From: Candidatus Sericytochromatia bacterium
GTDB lineage: Bacteria > Cyanobacteriota > Sericytochromatia > S15B-MN24 > VGJW01
Length of the DNA: 64,000 bases
Direction of reading: 5' to 3'
NCBI GenBank assembly: GCA_035286125.1
Contig: JAYKIS010000082.1
Coordinates: forward strand, 1,253-65,252
The stretch's first letter is position 1. Each line of letters opens with the position of its first letter. The notes below the pieces were generated by a model. That model was given only the letters and a program-made list of their open reading frames with translations, was not told the DNA's origin and did not search any database. Below, in pieces: positions 38,051 through 47,951 of this stretch. The position numbers were made by a program, and so were the translations under genes.

Positions 38051-39125
38051 CCATCGTTGGCGCGCGTCGCTGCTTGTCGGGGCCATCGCCCTGTCGGGTT
38101 GCGGCTTCTACTCCGTGGCCTCGGTCGGTGGTGACCTGGGCTCGGGTATCGCGTCTCCCGCCGAGAATGGCGCCAAGCTCGTCTCGTCGGCCTTTGCCGG
38201 TCGGACCCTGACCGAGCAGGAGAAGGACACGCCCGTCGTGGTGGCCGTGCACGGCTTCTCCGCGACGACTTTCGAGACCATGTACAGCACGGGGACCACG
38301 CCGCAGGAGGCAAGCGCCTCGTACAACATGGAGCGTCGTGGACTGCTCGTCTCCCGGGTCCTCATGGGCGGTCACAACGTCACGCCGGCTGCCTTCGGGG
38401 CGAGCCGCTGGAGCGACTGGCAAAAGCCGGTTCTCGATGAGGTCGAGGCCCTGCAGAAGCTGGGGTTCCGCAAGATCGACATCTTGACGGTCTCGACCGG
38501 TGGTCCCATCGTCATGCAGGCCTTGTTGTCGGGCGCCTTCAAGAGCAGGGGCGTCACTCCGCGCCGCATCACGATGGTGGCACCCATCCTCGAATTCAAG
38601 GACAAGGCCATCAACCTGCTTGGCGTGCTCGAGACGCTCGGGGCGTCGAACAGCCCCTCGCCGACCAGCGGTGTCTCGCGCGGACATTGGTATGCCGATC
38701 GTCCCATCGGTGCCGTCAAGCAGCTGCTTGACCTGACGGAGGTGGTCAAGGGCCAGTTGCGTCGCATAGCCGCCGGCGACTTGCCGGGATTACCTGCCGA
38801 AACGCGCCTGCTGATTGTCCAGTCGGACGGCGATGGCACGGTCGACGCCGTCAGTGCCGAGATCTGGCTGCGCGGCCTGCGTGGCAAGCTGACGGACACC
38901 ACACAGGGGTCGGGTCTCATCAGTCTGCTCAAGGTCGTCTCGTCGCGTCACGTGCCGGTCGGTCCTCCGAATCTTGCGGGCGAGAAGGACGGTACACGCT
39001 CGATCGACGGTATCGCCTACCCGACCTTCCCGGACGCCAAGGATGCTGAAGTCTGGCAGGATGCGGAAGTCCGCCTGCGTGTCCGTCTGCTGGAACAGAT
39101 CGGCGACTTCCACACCGCCCTGTGA
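38040..39125 (+). CDS. Lipoprotein alpha/beta-hydrolase (carboxylesterase-like)
   Basis: LSG-C lipobox, VHGF oxyanion motif, TVSTGG nucleophile elbow, QSDGDGTVD (Asp) and SRHV (His). Confidence 0.75.
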   Translation: MRSSHRWRASLLVGAIALSGCGFYSVASVGGDLGSGIASPAENGAKLVSSAFAGRTLTEQEKDTPVVVAVHGFSATTFETMYSTGTTPQEASASYNMERRGLLVSRVLMGGHNVTPAAFGASRWSDWQKPVLDEVEALQKLGFRKIDILTVSTGGPIVMQALLSGAFKSRGVTPRRITMVAPILEFKDKAINLLGVLETLGASNSPSPTSGVSRGHWYADRPIGAVKQLLDLTEVVKGQLRRIAAGDLPGLPAETRLLIVQSDGDGTVDAVSAEIWLRGLRGKLTDTTQGSGLISLLKVVSSRHVPVGPPNLAGEKDGTRSIDGIAYPTFPDAKDAEVWQDAEVRLRVRLLEQIGDFHTAL

Positions 39126-39733
39126 CCACGGACGTCGCGCCGCCCTTCGTGGGTCTGGGCCTGCTTGGGCCGACACGGCCCACCTGGGTAGGTCGTGCCT
39201 CGGCTGACTTGCCGGCATTGCTCGCCGACCACGCCTCTTGCGAGCGCAAGGCTGCGGCAACGGCGATGGCCTTCGTTGCGCGCCATCCGGACGATGTCCG
39301 GTTGGTGGAGAGCATGGTGCAGCTGGCACAGGAGGAGTTGGCTCACTTCGAGCGCATCTTCCACCTGATGCGCCGCCGTGGTTGGCCGCTGTCGCGGGAT
39401 CGTGCGGATGCCTACGTTCGTTCGCTGCTCGACCATGTCCGTCACGCCCCTGCCCTGCAGACGGTCGATCGCCTTCTGGTGCTCGGGTTGGTCGAGGCCC
39501 GTTCGTGCGAGCGGTTCCGCCTGCTGGCGGCGGAGCTCGAAGGCAGGGATGACGAGCTTTCGGTTCTTTACCGGGAGCTTTCGCTTTCAGAAGAAGGTCA
39601 TGCCCACCTGTTTCCGGCACTTGCGTCGCGCTATGCTGCAGATGACGAAGTGAAGGCGCGTCTTGCCGAACTCAGGACCATCGAGGCCGCCATCGTGGCG
39701 GCCCTGGGCGACGAACCCGCCATGCACGGGTAG
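39122..39733 (+). CDS. miaE: tRNA-(ms2io6A37) hydroxylase
   Basis: DHASCERKAA, EELAHF, EARSCERF and SEEGH di-iron motifs. Confidence 0.9.
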   Translation: MTTDVAPPFVGLGLLGPTRPTWVGRASADLPALLADHASCERKAAATAMAFVARHPDDVRLVESMVQLAQEELAHFERIFHLMRRRGWPLSRDRADAYVRSLLDHVRHAPALQTVDRLLVLGLVEARSCERFRLLAAELEGRDDELSVLYRELSLSEEGHAHLFPALASRYAADDEVKARLAELRTIEAAIVAALGDEPAMHG

Positions 39734-39744
39734 GGAGGGACCGC

Positions 39745-40770
39745 ATGGGCCTCGGCTTGCTGGCGGGTTGGGTCCTCGTGTCCTACCACAACCACAGTTT
39801 CCACAGCCCGGACTCCCGGCTGACGGCCCGGGACTTCGTGCGGTTTGCCCGGGGAACCGGGGTGGATGCCGTCATCGTCACGGACCATGACAACGTGCGT
39901 GCGGCCTTGGACCCTGCTTTCCGGGCAGCAGCCCGCCCTGACGGAGGCTCCTTTGCGAGGGCGTCCAACCGTCCGGAACCCTTCCTGATGTTCGGCGAGG
40001 AGTGGGGGACGTTCCGTGCCGGCCGGGTCCGTTGGGGCCACGTCGGTCTCATCGGCCTCGATGATGGCGTCTCGCCTGCCGGTGAGGCCCCCCTTGCCGA
40101 GGTCCTGGCCGGGGCCCGTGCCCGCGGGGCGCTGGCCATCGTCAATCATCCCTTCAACTGGGCGCTCTCGTGGCGGGGGGGCGAACCCCCGGCGGGCGTC
40201 GCGGGTGTCGAGGTGTGGAACCAGGGCTGGTTCATGCCGGTGATGGAAAATCCCAAGGCCCTTGCCTGGTGGGATGCCGCCCTGCGCAAGGGGCGTCGTC
40301 TGCTGGCGCTCGGGGGAGCCGATACCCACGGGCTCGAGGGCAGCAGCTACTTCTACAACGAGACTCGCGTCGACAGGCCCGTCAACATGGTGTGGGCGGA
40401 GCGTCCGGATGCGGCAGCGGTCCTTGCGGCCCTGAGGGCTGGCCGCGTCATGGTCGCGCGCGACAGCCGTGCCCCGGGGATGGTTCTCGAGGTGGACGGT
40501 GCAGGGCCCGGGGAGGTCCTTGCGGCGGGTACGCCGGGCCGGGTCCGGGTCAGCCTCGCGGGCGCCCGAGGCTGCGACCTGACCTTGCATACGGCACAAG
40601 GCCTTTTGCATCGGGTACACATCGCATCGGCTCGGCAGGAGATTCGATGCCGCCTGCCCTTGCTGGCTGCGGGTGACTTCGTCCGGGCCGAACTGCGGCG
40701 GCCGGGTTGGGGTGGGGACGAGATGGAGGTGCTTGCGAACCCTGTCTATGTCTCCCCCGGTCCGCTCTAG
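39745..40770 (+). CDS. PHP-domain (CehA/McbA-like) metallohydrolase
   Basis: HNHSFHSPD, VTDHD, GEE, NHP, EVWN and GADTH motifs. Confidence 0.8.
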   Translation: MGLGLLAGWVLVSYHNHSFHSPDSRLTARDFVRFARGTGVDAVIVTDHDNVRAALDPAFRAAARPDGGSFARASNRPEPFLMFGEEWGTFRAGRVRWGHVGLIGLDDGVSPAGEAPLAEVLAGARARGALAIVNHPFNWALSWRGGEPPAGVAGVEVWNQGWFMPVMENPKALAWWDAALRKGRRLLALGGADTHGLEGSSYFYNETRVDRPVNMVWAERPDAAAVLAALRAGRVMVARDSRAPGMVLEVDGAGPGEVLAAGTPGRVRVSLAGARGCDLTLHTAQGLLHRVHIASARQEIRCRLPLLAAGDFVRAELRRPGWGGDEMEVLANPVYVSPGPL

Positions 40771-40820
40771 GCCTGTGCCCCGCGTCTGGTATCCTTGAGA
40801 CTTTCCAGACGAGGACAACG

Positions 40821-42164
40821 ATGTTCCGCAAGGTTCTGATTGCCAACCGTGGCGAGATCGCCGTCCGCTTGATGCGGGCCTGCGCCGACTTGGGCATCCG
40901 GCCCGTCACCATTCATTCCGAGGCGGATGCGGCTGCGCCGCACGCGACAGGCGCCGAGTCCTACCTCGTCGGCCCGCCTCCGGTTGCCCAGAGCTATCTC
41001 AACCAGGACGCCATCCTCGAGGCGGCGCGCCAGAGCGGTGCCGAAGCGGTCCATCCGGGCTACGGCCTGCTTTCGGAGAACGCAGACTTCGCCCGCCGGG
41101 TCCAGGAAGCCGGCCTCGTCTGGATCGGGCCCTCTCCCGAAGCCATCGCGCGCATGGGCGACAAGGTCGAGGCCCGCGCGTTTGCCGAGGCGGCCGGCGT
41201 CCCGGTCGTGCCGGGCACGGGCGCTCCCGTTCCTGACCTCGATTCGGCCTTGCAGGCCTCCGAAGCCATCGGCTATCCCGTCATGCTCAAGGCCGCCAAG
41301 GGGGGCGGTGGCATCGGCATGCAACTGGTGCACGACCCCGCCGAGCTCGAGAAGGCCTACAAGCTTTGCACGGCCCGAGCCAAGGCCTACTTTGGCGACG
41401 GATCCGTCTATGTCGAGAAGGCGCTTGAGCGCCCTCGTCACATCGAGATCCAGATCCTTGCCGATGCCCATGGTCGCGCCGTGCACCTTGGCGAGCGCGA
41501 GTGCTCGGTCCAGCGTCGGCACCAGAAGGTGGTCGAGGAGGCGGGCTCCCCCGCTGTCGACGAGTCGTTGAGGCAGCGGATGGGCGAGGTCTCGCTGCAA
41601 CTGGTCCGGGCGCTGGGTTACGTCAATGCGGGGACGCTCGAATACCTGCTGGACGCGTCGGGCGCGTTCCATTTCCTCGAGATGAACACCCGGCTGCAGG
41701 TGGAGCACCCCGTCACCGAGGCGGTGACGGACGTCGACCTTGCCGTATGGCAAATCCGCATTGCCGCGGGCGAACCGTTGGACCCCGCCATCGGAGCCAC
41801 GCCCTTCCGGGGCCATGCCATCGAGTGTCGCCTTTATGCCGAGGACCCGGTCTCGGGCTTTCCTTCCCCCGGGACCCTGGAGGCCGTCACGTGGCCCGAG
41901 GGTGTCCGAGTCGACACGTTCGTGGGTGCAGGGACCGTGGTCAGTCCCCATTACGACCCCATGCTGGCCAAGATCGTCGTCCACGGCGACGACCGTACGG
42001 AGGCCTTGGCAAGGATGGCAGCAGCGCTCAATGCCACGGTGGTGACGGGCGTCAAGACCAACCTGCCTGTCCTGCGCCGTATCATGGAGAATGCCGAGTT
42101 CCGCTCGGGCACCTTTGATACAGGCTTGCTCGGGCGAATGGCGGCGGTCACTGCGACAGTCTAG
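40821..42164 (+). CDS. Biotin carboxylase subunit (probably of methylcrotonyl-CoA carboxylase)
   Basis: KVLIANRGEIA, GGGGIGM, ECSVQRRHQK and EMNTRLQVEHPVTE motifs. Confidence 0.93.
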   Translation: MFRKVLIANRGEIAVRLMRACADLGIRPVTIHSEADAAAPHATGAESYLVGPPPVAQSYLNQDAILEAARQSGAEAVHPGYGLLSENADFARRVQEAGLVWIGPSPEAIARMGDKVEARAFAEAAGVPVVPGTGAPVPDLDSALQASEAIGYPVMLKAAKGGGGIGMQLVHDPAELEKAYKLCTARAKAYFGDGSVYVEKALERPRHIEIQILADAHGRAVHLGERECSVQRRHQKVVEEAGSPAVDESLRQRMGEVSLQLVRALGYVNAGTLEYLLDASGAFHFLEMNTRLQVEHPVTEAVTDVDLAVWQIRIAAGEPLDPAIGATPFRGHAIECRLYAEDPVSGFPSPGTLEAVTWPEGVRVDTFVGAGTVVSPHYDPMLAKIVVHGDDRTEALARMAAALNATVVTGVKTNLPVLRRIMENAEFRSGTFDTGLLGRMAAVTATV

Positions 42165-42229
42165 GTGACGGGCGGGAGGTGACTCCCGCAACCAGGCCCG
42201 GAGGCGGGGCTCAAGGAAAGGCGGAGACT

Positions 42230-42442
42230 ATGGCGGATGTGAAGGCCCAGATGGCGGGTACCGTGCTCGAGGTGCTCGTGGCCGAGGGACAGGCGGTCGA
42301 GGCAGGCCAGGATCTGGTCTGTCTCGAGTCCATGAAGATGCAGATGTTCCTGCAGGCGGAGCAGGGCGGAACGGTGTCGGCCGTCAAGGTCGGCGCGGGC
42401 GACTTCGTCAACGAGGGTGACACCCTGATCGTCCTCGCCTGA
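42230..42442 (+). CDS. Biotin carboxyl carrier protein
   Basis: LESMKM biotinylation motif, 70 aa. Confidence 0.9.
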   Translation: MADVKAQMAGTVLEVLVAEGQAVEAGQDLVCLESMKMQMFLQAEQGGTVSAVKVGAGDFVNEGDTLIVLA

Positions 42443-42452
42443 GACGCGTGAC

Positions 42453-43394
42453 GTGACAGCCCTGCCCGACCGCATCCGCATCGTCGAGGTCGGTCCCCGT
42501 GACGGCCTCCAGAATGAGGCGGCGCACGTCCCGACCGACCGCAAGGTTCGTCTCGTCGAGTCGCTGGGTGACGTCGGGTTGCCTGCCATCGAGATGACGG
42601 CTTTCGTTCATCCGCGCTGGATTCCGCAGATGGCTGACGCCTCGGAGGTGGCGACGACGGTCCGGCGCAGGCCGGGCGTGCGGTACAGCGCCCTCGTGCC
42701 GAACCTGAAGGGCTATGTGGCAGCAGCCGCTGCCGATGTGCCGGTGATTGCCGTGTTCATGTCGGCGACCGAGACCCATTCTCGCCGGAACCTGAACAAG
42801 GGCATCGACGAGGCCATTGACGCACTTGCCGAGGTCACGCAGGCCGCGCAGGCCGATGGTCGCGAGGTCAGAGCCTATCTTTCGGTGGTGTTCGGATGTC
42901 CCTACGAGGGTGAGGTAGCACCGACCGCGACGATCGCCATCGCGAAGCGCCTGGCCGCGATGGGGATCGGGGAATTGTCGCTCGGTGACACCACCGGCAT
43001 GGCCAATCCTGCCCAGGTACGCCGCCTGGTGTCCGCATTGCGCGAGGAGGTGCCGGGGCTGTCCCTTGCCGGGCACTTCCACGACACCAGGGGCACGGCC
43101 TTGGCCAACACCTACGCGGCGATGCTCGAGGGCATCGAGGTCTTCGATGCCTCGGTGGGTGGCCTGGGCGGCTGTCCCTATGCACCGGGAGCCTCGGGCA
43201 ACCTGTCGACCAACGACCTCGTGGCCATGCTCGAGGGGATGGGCATCGCCACCGGGGTGGATCGCGACGGCCTTCTCGATGTGACGCGCTGGATCTGCCA
43301 GGACGTTCTGGGCGTCAGCATCCCCAGTCGTGAGGCGACGGCCGAACTTGCGCGCAGGGCGAAGGCGGCGCGTCTCGAGGCCGAGCGTGCGTGA
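42453..43394 (+). CDS. Hydroxymethylglutaryl-CoA lyase
   Basis: EVGPRDGLQNE, HFHDTRG and GLGGCPYAPGASGN motifs. Confidence 0.95.
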   Translation: MTALPDRIRIVEVGPRDGLQNEAAHVPTDRKVRLVESLGDVGLPAIEMTAFVHPRWIPQMADASEVATTVRRRPGVRYSALVPNLKGYVAAAAADVPVIAVFMSATETHSRRNLNKGIDEAIDALAEVTQAAQADGREVRAYLSVVFGCPYEGEVAPTATIAIAKRLAAMGIGELSLGDTTGMANPAQVRRLVSALREEVPGLSLAGHFHDTRGTALANTYAAMLEGIEVFDASVGGLGGCPYAPGASGNLSTNDLVAMLEGMGIATGVDRDGLLDVTRWICQDVLGVSIPSREATAELARRAKAARLEAERA

Positions 43395-43428
43395 CGCCGG
43401 TTTCAGGACGAATCGGAGGGATGGGGAG

Positions 43429-44208
43429 ATGGACGTGATGCATCGGCTGGAGCGCGAGGACCATGTCGCGACCCTGACCCTGGACCGTCCGGAGGCGGCC
43501 AACGCGCTATGCTTCCCGATGCTGCTGCATCTTCGCGCAGAACTCGAGGCCCTGCGCCACGATCGGGACCTGCGTGTGCTTGTCGTGACAGGGGCCGGCT
43601 CCAAGGCATTCTGCGCCGGGGCGGACCTCAAGGAGAGGGCGGGCATGAGCCCGGATCAGGTGCGTCGCTTCCTCGTCGAGATTCGCGGCTTGATGGATGA
43701 TGTGGCGGCGATGCCCTGCCCGGTCGTGGCTGCCCTGAACGGCTTGGCCCTGGGCGGGGGTACCGAACTCGCGCTCGCTGCCGATATCCGTATCGCGGCG
43801 GACCATGCGCTGATGGGCCTTACGGAGACGGGCCTCGGGATCATCCCGGGAGCGGGCGGCACCCAGCGCCTGCCCCGTCTCATCGGCCTGCCTCGGGCCA
43901 AGGAAATGATCTTCACCGCCCGTCGGGTCGCCATGGACGAGGCCCTGGCGATCGGCCTTGTCCAGCAGGTCGTGCCCGCGGCGGAACTGGCGGCTGCCGT
44001 CGCGGCCATGGTGGCCCGGATTGCCGCCAATGCGCCGAGGGCCGTCGAGATGGCGAAGTGGGCGATGGACCGGGGAGCCGACACGGACATGAGGACGGGT
44101 CTGGAGCTCGAGGAGAGGGCCTACGCCACCATCATCCCGACGCGGGACCGCCTGGAGGGCCTCGCGGCCTTCCGCGAGAAGCGGCCGCCCGTCTACACGG
44201 GAGAATAG
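43429..44208 (+). CDS. Enoyl-CoA hydratase (methylglutaconyl-CoA hydratase-like)
   Basis: FCAGADLKER, GGGTELAL and GLTETGLGIIPGAGGTQRL motifs. Leucine-catabolism context. Confidence 0.9.
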   Translation: MDVMHRLEREDHVATLTLDRPEAANALCFPMLLHLRAELEALRHDRDLRVLVVTGAGSKAFCAGADLKERAGMSPDQVRRFLVEIRGLMDDVAAMPCPVVAALNGLALGGGTELALAADIRIAADHALMGLTETGLGIIPGAGGTQRLPRLIGLPRAKEMIFTARRVAMDEALAIGLVQQVVPAAELAAAVAAMVARIAANAPRAVEMAKWAMDRGADTDMRTGLELEERAYATIIPTRDRLEGLAAFREKRPPVYTGE

Positions 44209-44262
44209 CGCCCGCGTCCGGACCTTGTTGGGTCCCGGCCAGGATGCGGGTACGGAATTGCC

Positions 44263-44592
44263 ATGCAGCCGCATCCTTCGCAGGCCTTCGAGCACCTGGC
44301 GCTTCGCTGCGCGTCCTCACGGCAGGTAGCCGTGGTGGTCGATGCCATCTATGACGTCAACGAACACGTCTACGGGGGAGAGTCGGTCCTTTGGGCCCAG
44401 GTCGATGCCGCCGGGGAAGGCGCTGGGCTCGGGGACGGCACGATTCTGCTGATCGGGGCCTCAGCGCCGGACGCCCTGGTCCACCTGGTGGCCGCGATGG
44501 CTCGCCTGCACGGGGCGTTGCCCCCATCTCGCGTTCCGTGGCGCGAACGCCTGCGTGGCTGGCTCACGGGCCTGCTCGCGCGAACCCGATGA
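44263..44592 (+). CDS. Hypothetical protein (109 aa)
   Basis: ORF fills the gap inside the leucine cluster with GC-type codon usage. No recognisable motif. Confidence 0.5.
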   Translation: MQPHPSQAFEHLALRCASSRQVAVVVDAIYDVNEHVYGGESVLWAQVDAAGEGAGLGDGTILLIGASAPDALVHLVAAMARLHGALPPSRVPWRERLRGWLTGLLARTR

Positions 44593-44612
44593 GCGCGTCT
44601 GTCATGCCCGGC

Positions 44613-44641
44613 TTGCCCCGCCTCCCGAGGCTGCCTATCAT
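44613..44641 (+). promoter_or_regulatory. Internal sigma70-type promoter (TTGCCC-N17-TATCAT)
   Basis: -35 at 44613-44618 and -10 at 44636-44641, upstream of the carboxyltransferase SD GAGGAG. Confidence 0.5.
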
Positions 44642-44665
44642 GGAGCCTTCGAGGAGATGCGTACG

Positions 44666-46216
44666 ATGACGATGACCCCTGCGGCCCCGGCTGCCGCGCC
44701 CCTGAGCCTCAATGATCGACTGGCCCGCATTGCGGCGGGCGGGGCGCCCAAGTACCACGAGGCGGCGGCCCGCACCGGCAAGTTGTTTGTCCGCGAGCGC
44801 CTGCGCCTGCTCCTGGACGAGGGCAGCTTCCTCGAGGAAGGAGCCTTCGCCAACTGCGAGGCGCCGGACCTGCCGGCCGATGGCGTCGTCACCGGCGTGG
44901 GCCGCATCCACGGCCGTACCGTGTGCGTCATGGCCAACGACTCTACCGTCAAGGCAGGCTCGTGGGGCTCCCGGACGGTCGAGAAGATCCTGCGCATCCA
45001 GGAAACGGCCATCCGGTTGCGTGTTCCGATGCTCTACCTCGTCGATTCGGCGGGCGCACGCATCACCGATCAGGTCGAAATGTTCCCCGGCAGGCGTGGT
45101 GCCGGCCGCATCTTCCATAACCAGGTGCGGATGAGCGGATTCGTGCCCCAGGCCTGCCTGCTCTTCGGCCCCTCCGCCGCAGGTGGCGCCTATATCCCTG
45201 CGTTCTGCGACGTCGTGGTCATGGTCGAGGGCAATGCCTCGGCCTACCTCGGTTCGCCGCGCATGGCGGAGATGGTCATCGGCGAGAAGGTCAGCCTCGA
45301 GGAGATGGGCGGCGCCCGGATGCACTGCAGCGTCTCTGGCGTGGGTGACGTGTTGGTCAAGACCGAACCCGAGGCCATCGATTGGCTGCGGCGCTACCTG
45401 GCGTTCTTCCCCCAGAACTTCGACGGGGTCCCCGGCAACATCCCCGCTGTGCCGCCCAAGGCAGGCAAGGAAATCGCAGACATCATCCCCAAGAACCAGA
45501 ACCAGCCTTTCGACATGCAGCAGGTCATCGAGCGCTTGGTCGACGAGGGTTCCTGGCTCGAAATCAAGAAGCTCTTCGCGGGCGAACTGCTGACGGGCCT
45601 CGCCCGGATAGGTGGGCAGCCCGTGGGTATCCTCGCTAACCAGTCCCGCGTCAAGGGCGGCGTGCTCTTCACGGATTCGTCCGACAAGGGCGCTCGATTC
45701 ATCACCCTGTGCGATGCCTTCAACATCCCGCTGCTTTTTCTGGCCGATGTGCCGGGCTTCATGATCGGTTCTGCTGTCGAGCGGTCGGGCATCATTCGCC
45801 ATGGCGCCAAGTTCATCTCGGCGATGGCGTCGGCCCAGGTGCCCAAGATCAGCGTGATCGTCCGAAAGGCCTATGGTGCCGGTCTGTACGCGATGGCCGG
45901 CCCGGCTTTCGAGCCGGATATCTGTCTCGCCCTTCCCACGGCCAAGATCGCTGTCATGGGACCCGAGGCGGCTGTCAACGCCGTCTATGCGAACAAGATC
46001 GCCGAACTGCCCGAAGACCAACGCGAAGCCTACGTGGCGGAAAAGCGGGCAGAGTACGAGCGTGACATCGATCTCTACCGGCTTGCCTCCGAGATGGTCA
46101 TCGATGGCGTCGTGCCGCCGGAGAGCCTGCGGGATGAGCTTTGTGCGCGCCTCGCTGCCTGTCGTAGCCGTGTCACCGACGATCTGCCGAAGCGTCGCCC
46201 CGTCACGCCCGTCTGA
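44666..46216 (+). CDS. Acyl-CoA carboxylase carboxyltransferase (beta) subunit (YngE/LiuB-like)
   Basis: PADGVVTG, DSTVKAGSWG, DSAGARI, DVPGFMIG and RKAYGAG motifs. Confidence 0.93.
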   Translation: MTMTPAAPAAAPLSLNDRLARIAAGGAPKYHEAAARTGKLFVRERLRLLLDEGSFLEEGAFANCEAPDLPADGVVTGVGRIHGRTVCVMANDSTVKAGSWGSRTVEKILRIQETAIRLRVPMLYLVDSAGARITDQVEMFPGRRGAGRIFHNQVRMSGFVPQACLLFGPSAAGGAYIPAFCDVVVMVEGNASAYLGSPRMAEMVIGEKVSLEEMGGARMHCSVSGVGDVLVKTEPEAIDWLRRYLAFFPQNFDGVPGNIPAVPPKAGKEIADIIPKNQNQPFDMQQVIERLVDEGSWLEIKKLFAGELLTGLARIGGQPVGILANQSRVKGGVLFTDSSDKGARFITLCDAFNIPLLFLADVPGFMIGSAVERSGIIRHGAKFISAMASAQVPKISVIVRKAYGAGLYAMAGPAFEPDICLALPTAKIAVMGPEAAVNAVYANKIAELPEDQREAYVAEKRAEYERDIDLYRLASEMVIDGVVPPESLRDELCARLAACRSRVTDDLPKRRPVTPV

Positions 46217-46250
46217 CCGCGATCTGCCATGACCCCGAGGAGGCCTGCCC

Positions 46251-46922
46251 GTGACCGGACCTGAAGTCGACCCGCCTCAGGATGTCGTCCTCGTGCCCGA
46301 ACCGGGGTCGGTCCGCAAGCCCCTCGGTCCCTTGGCCTTTGATATCGACGCCAACGAGGCACTTGCAACCATCCTCGCCGAGCTGGCGGAGGACAAGGAT
46401 GATCGGCGCAAGGCCATCCGCTGGGCGTGTCACCAGGAGATGGAAATCGCCCTGCCGGGCGCTCAGGAATACCACCGGGCGATGATCTTCGACATGTCTG
46501 CGGGCGGCATGCGGGTGAAGCCTCTTGAATCCCTGTCGAAGAAGAGCCTGCCTGTCGGCATCAGCGTTCATATTCGCCTCGCGACGGAGTCCGGCTCGTT
46601 CAGGGGGCGAGCCAGAGTTGTTCGGCTCTCGGAGAATGGCCAGCTTGGTATCGAATTGCAGTCCGTCTCGACAGCCATGAAGGAGATTCTGGCGCAGGAG
46701 GTGGCGCGGATCCAGGCCCGTGCCGCGGGCAATATGCCGCTTGCCCGCAAGCGCAAGGTCGTCAGGTCCGAACTGGTCGAACAGATCGTGCAACGTGCCG
46801 CACCCGCTCCCACCCAGAACCAGAAGGTCAACGACGACCTGCGGCGTGGCGGATCGCTGCTCGACTCCCTCGTCGAAGGGCGCCAGCGCCCCAGGGATGT
46901 CCACTCGCGCTGGGTGCGCTGA
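46251..46922 (+). CDS. PilZ domain protein
   Basis: RKAIR (RxxxR) and DMSAGG (DxSxxG) c-di-GMP-binding motifs. Confidence 0.8.
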   Translation: MTGPEVDPPQDVVLVPEPGSVRKPLGPLAFDIDANEALATILAELAEDKDDRRKAIRWACHQEMEIALPGAQEYHRAMIFDMSAGGMRVKPLESLSKKSLPVGISVHIRLATESGSFRGRARVVRLSENGQLGIELQSVSTAMKEILAQEVARIQARAAGNMPLARKRKVVRSELVEQIVQRAAPAPTQNQKVNDDLRRGGSLLDSLVEGRQRPRDVHSRWVR

Positions 46923-46965
46923 GGCGCCACGGGGGCCGGCGGCCCTGCGTGGTACGATGACCGTC

Positions 46966-47502
46966 GTGTCCGGCGTCCGTGGAGCCCTGTGTGGCGTGGC
47001 GCTCCTGGTGGGAGCCTGCGCGGCATCGGGTCCTGACGTGGTGGACTCCGGGGCCTTGCCCGGGATGACCGGTCTCGTGCTTCGGGACATGCCGGGTGGA
47101 CGGGTCCAGTGGGAACTGCGGGCAGATTCCGTGCGTGAAGGTGCTGCCACCACGCGTCTCGAGGGTGTCCGCATGTTGTGGCAGGTCCCGGGTCGTCCGG
47201 GCGTGCAGGCCGAGGCCCCCAGCGGGGTCTGGGATGCTGCCCAGGGACGCATGGATCTCCTGGGTCCCATCCGGGTCGCGTTGCCAGGCCAGGACGTCGC
47301 GGTCAGCGGGCATGGCCTCGTTTGGCGCCGGTCCACCCGGGTCATCACGATGGCCGGTGGCCTCGAGGTCCAGCGTGGACGCAGCATCCTGCGCGCTGAG
47401 GCGATGGAGGCGGACGAGGGCCTGCGTCGGCTGCGCCTTCGGGGTACCGTCCGCCTGTCCGTTCCCGTGGCCCTCCTTTCAGGCAAGCCGGGGGGGGCAT
47501 GA
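46966..47502 (+). CDS. lptC: LptC-like LPS export protein
   Basis: First gene of the lptA-lptB-lptF/G run, beta-jellyroll pattern (WELRA, LVW). Start is GTG 46966 (leaderless) or ATG 46957. LVGA-C lipobox-like. Confidence 0.6.
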   Translation: MSGVRGALCGVALLVGACAASGPDVVDSGALPGMTGLVLRDMPGGRVQWELRADSVREGAATTRLEGVRMLWQVPGRPGVQAEAPSGVWDAAQGRMDLLGPIRVALPGQDVAVSGHGLVWRRSTRVITMAGGLEVQRGRSILRAEAMEADEGLRRLRLRGTVRLSVPVALLSGKPGGA

Positions 47503-47951
47503 CGATGCTTCCCGTAATTGGATGGGTGGTGCTTTGCCTCCTGGCCTCCGGGGCAGATGCGGCCTTGGCCGCCGCTGGCAAGGCAGTCGGGACCAGGACC
47601 ACCGCGCCCAAGGCCGCCGGGACCCCGGCCCCCATGGACTTGCTCGAGATGGAGGCGGAGCGGACCGAGTATGACGACAAGGCGCGCGTCTACGTGCTGG
47701 CGGGCAAGGTCCGCATCCGGATGCGGGACATCCAGGTGACCTGCCGCGAGGCCATCCTCGAAATGGATGCACGGGGCGAGGGCCTCGAGGTGATGCGCCT
47801 TAAGGGGCAGGTCCGGGCCGTCCGTGGCCGTCAGGTCTTTCGTGGAGAGCGCATTACGTGGTTGGCCGCTGCTCGGCGTTTCGTCGCCGAGGGTGATGTC
47901 GAGGCGCGTGTTCCGTGGCCGTCCACGGCAACTGCGGAGGCACGGCCGTGA
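47499..47951 (+). CDS. lptA: LptA/OstA family protein
   Basis: Signal peptide. [27 protein letters not shown] OstA pattern. Confidence 0.7.
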   Translation: MTMLPVIGWVVLCLLASGADAALAAAGKAVGTRTTAPKAAGTPAPMDLLEMEAERTEYDDKARVYVLAGKVRIRMRDIQVTCREAILEMDARGEGLEVMRLKGQVRAVRGRQVFRGERITWLAAARRFVAEGDVEARVPWPSTATAEARP

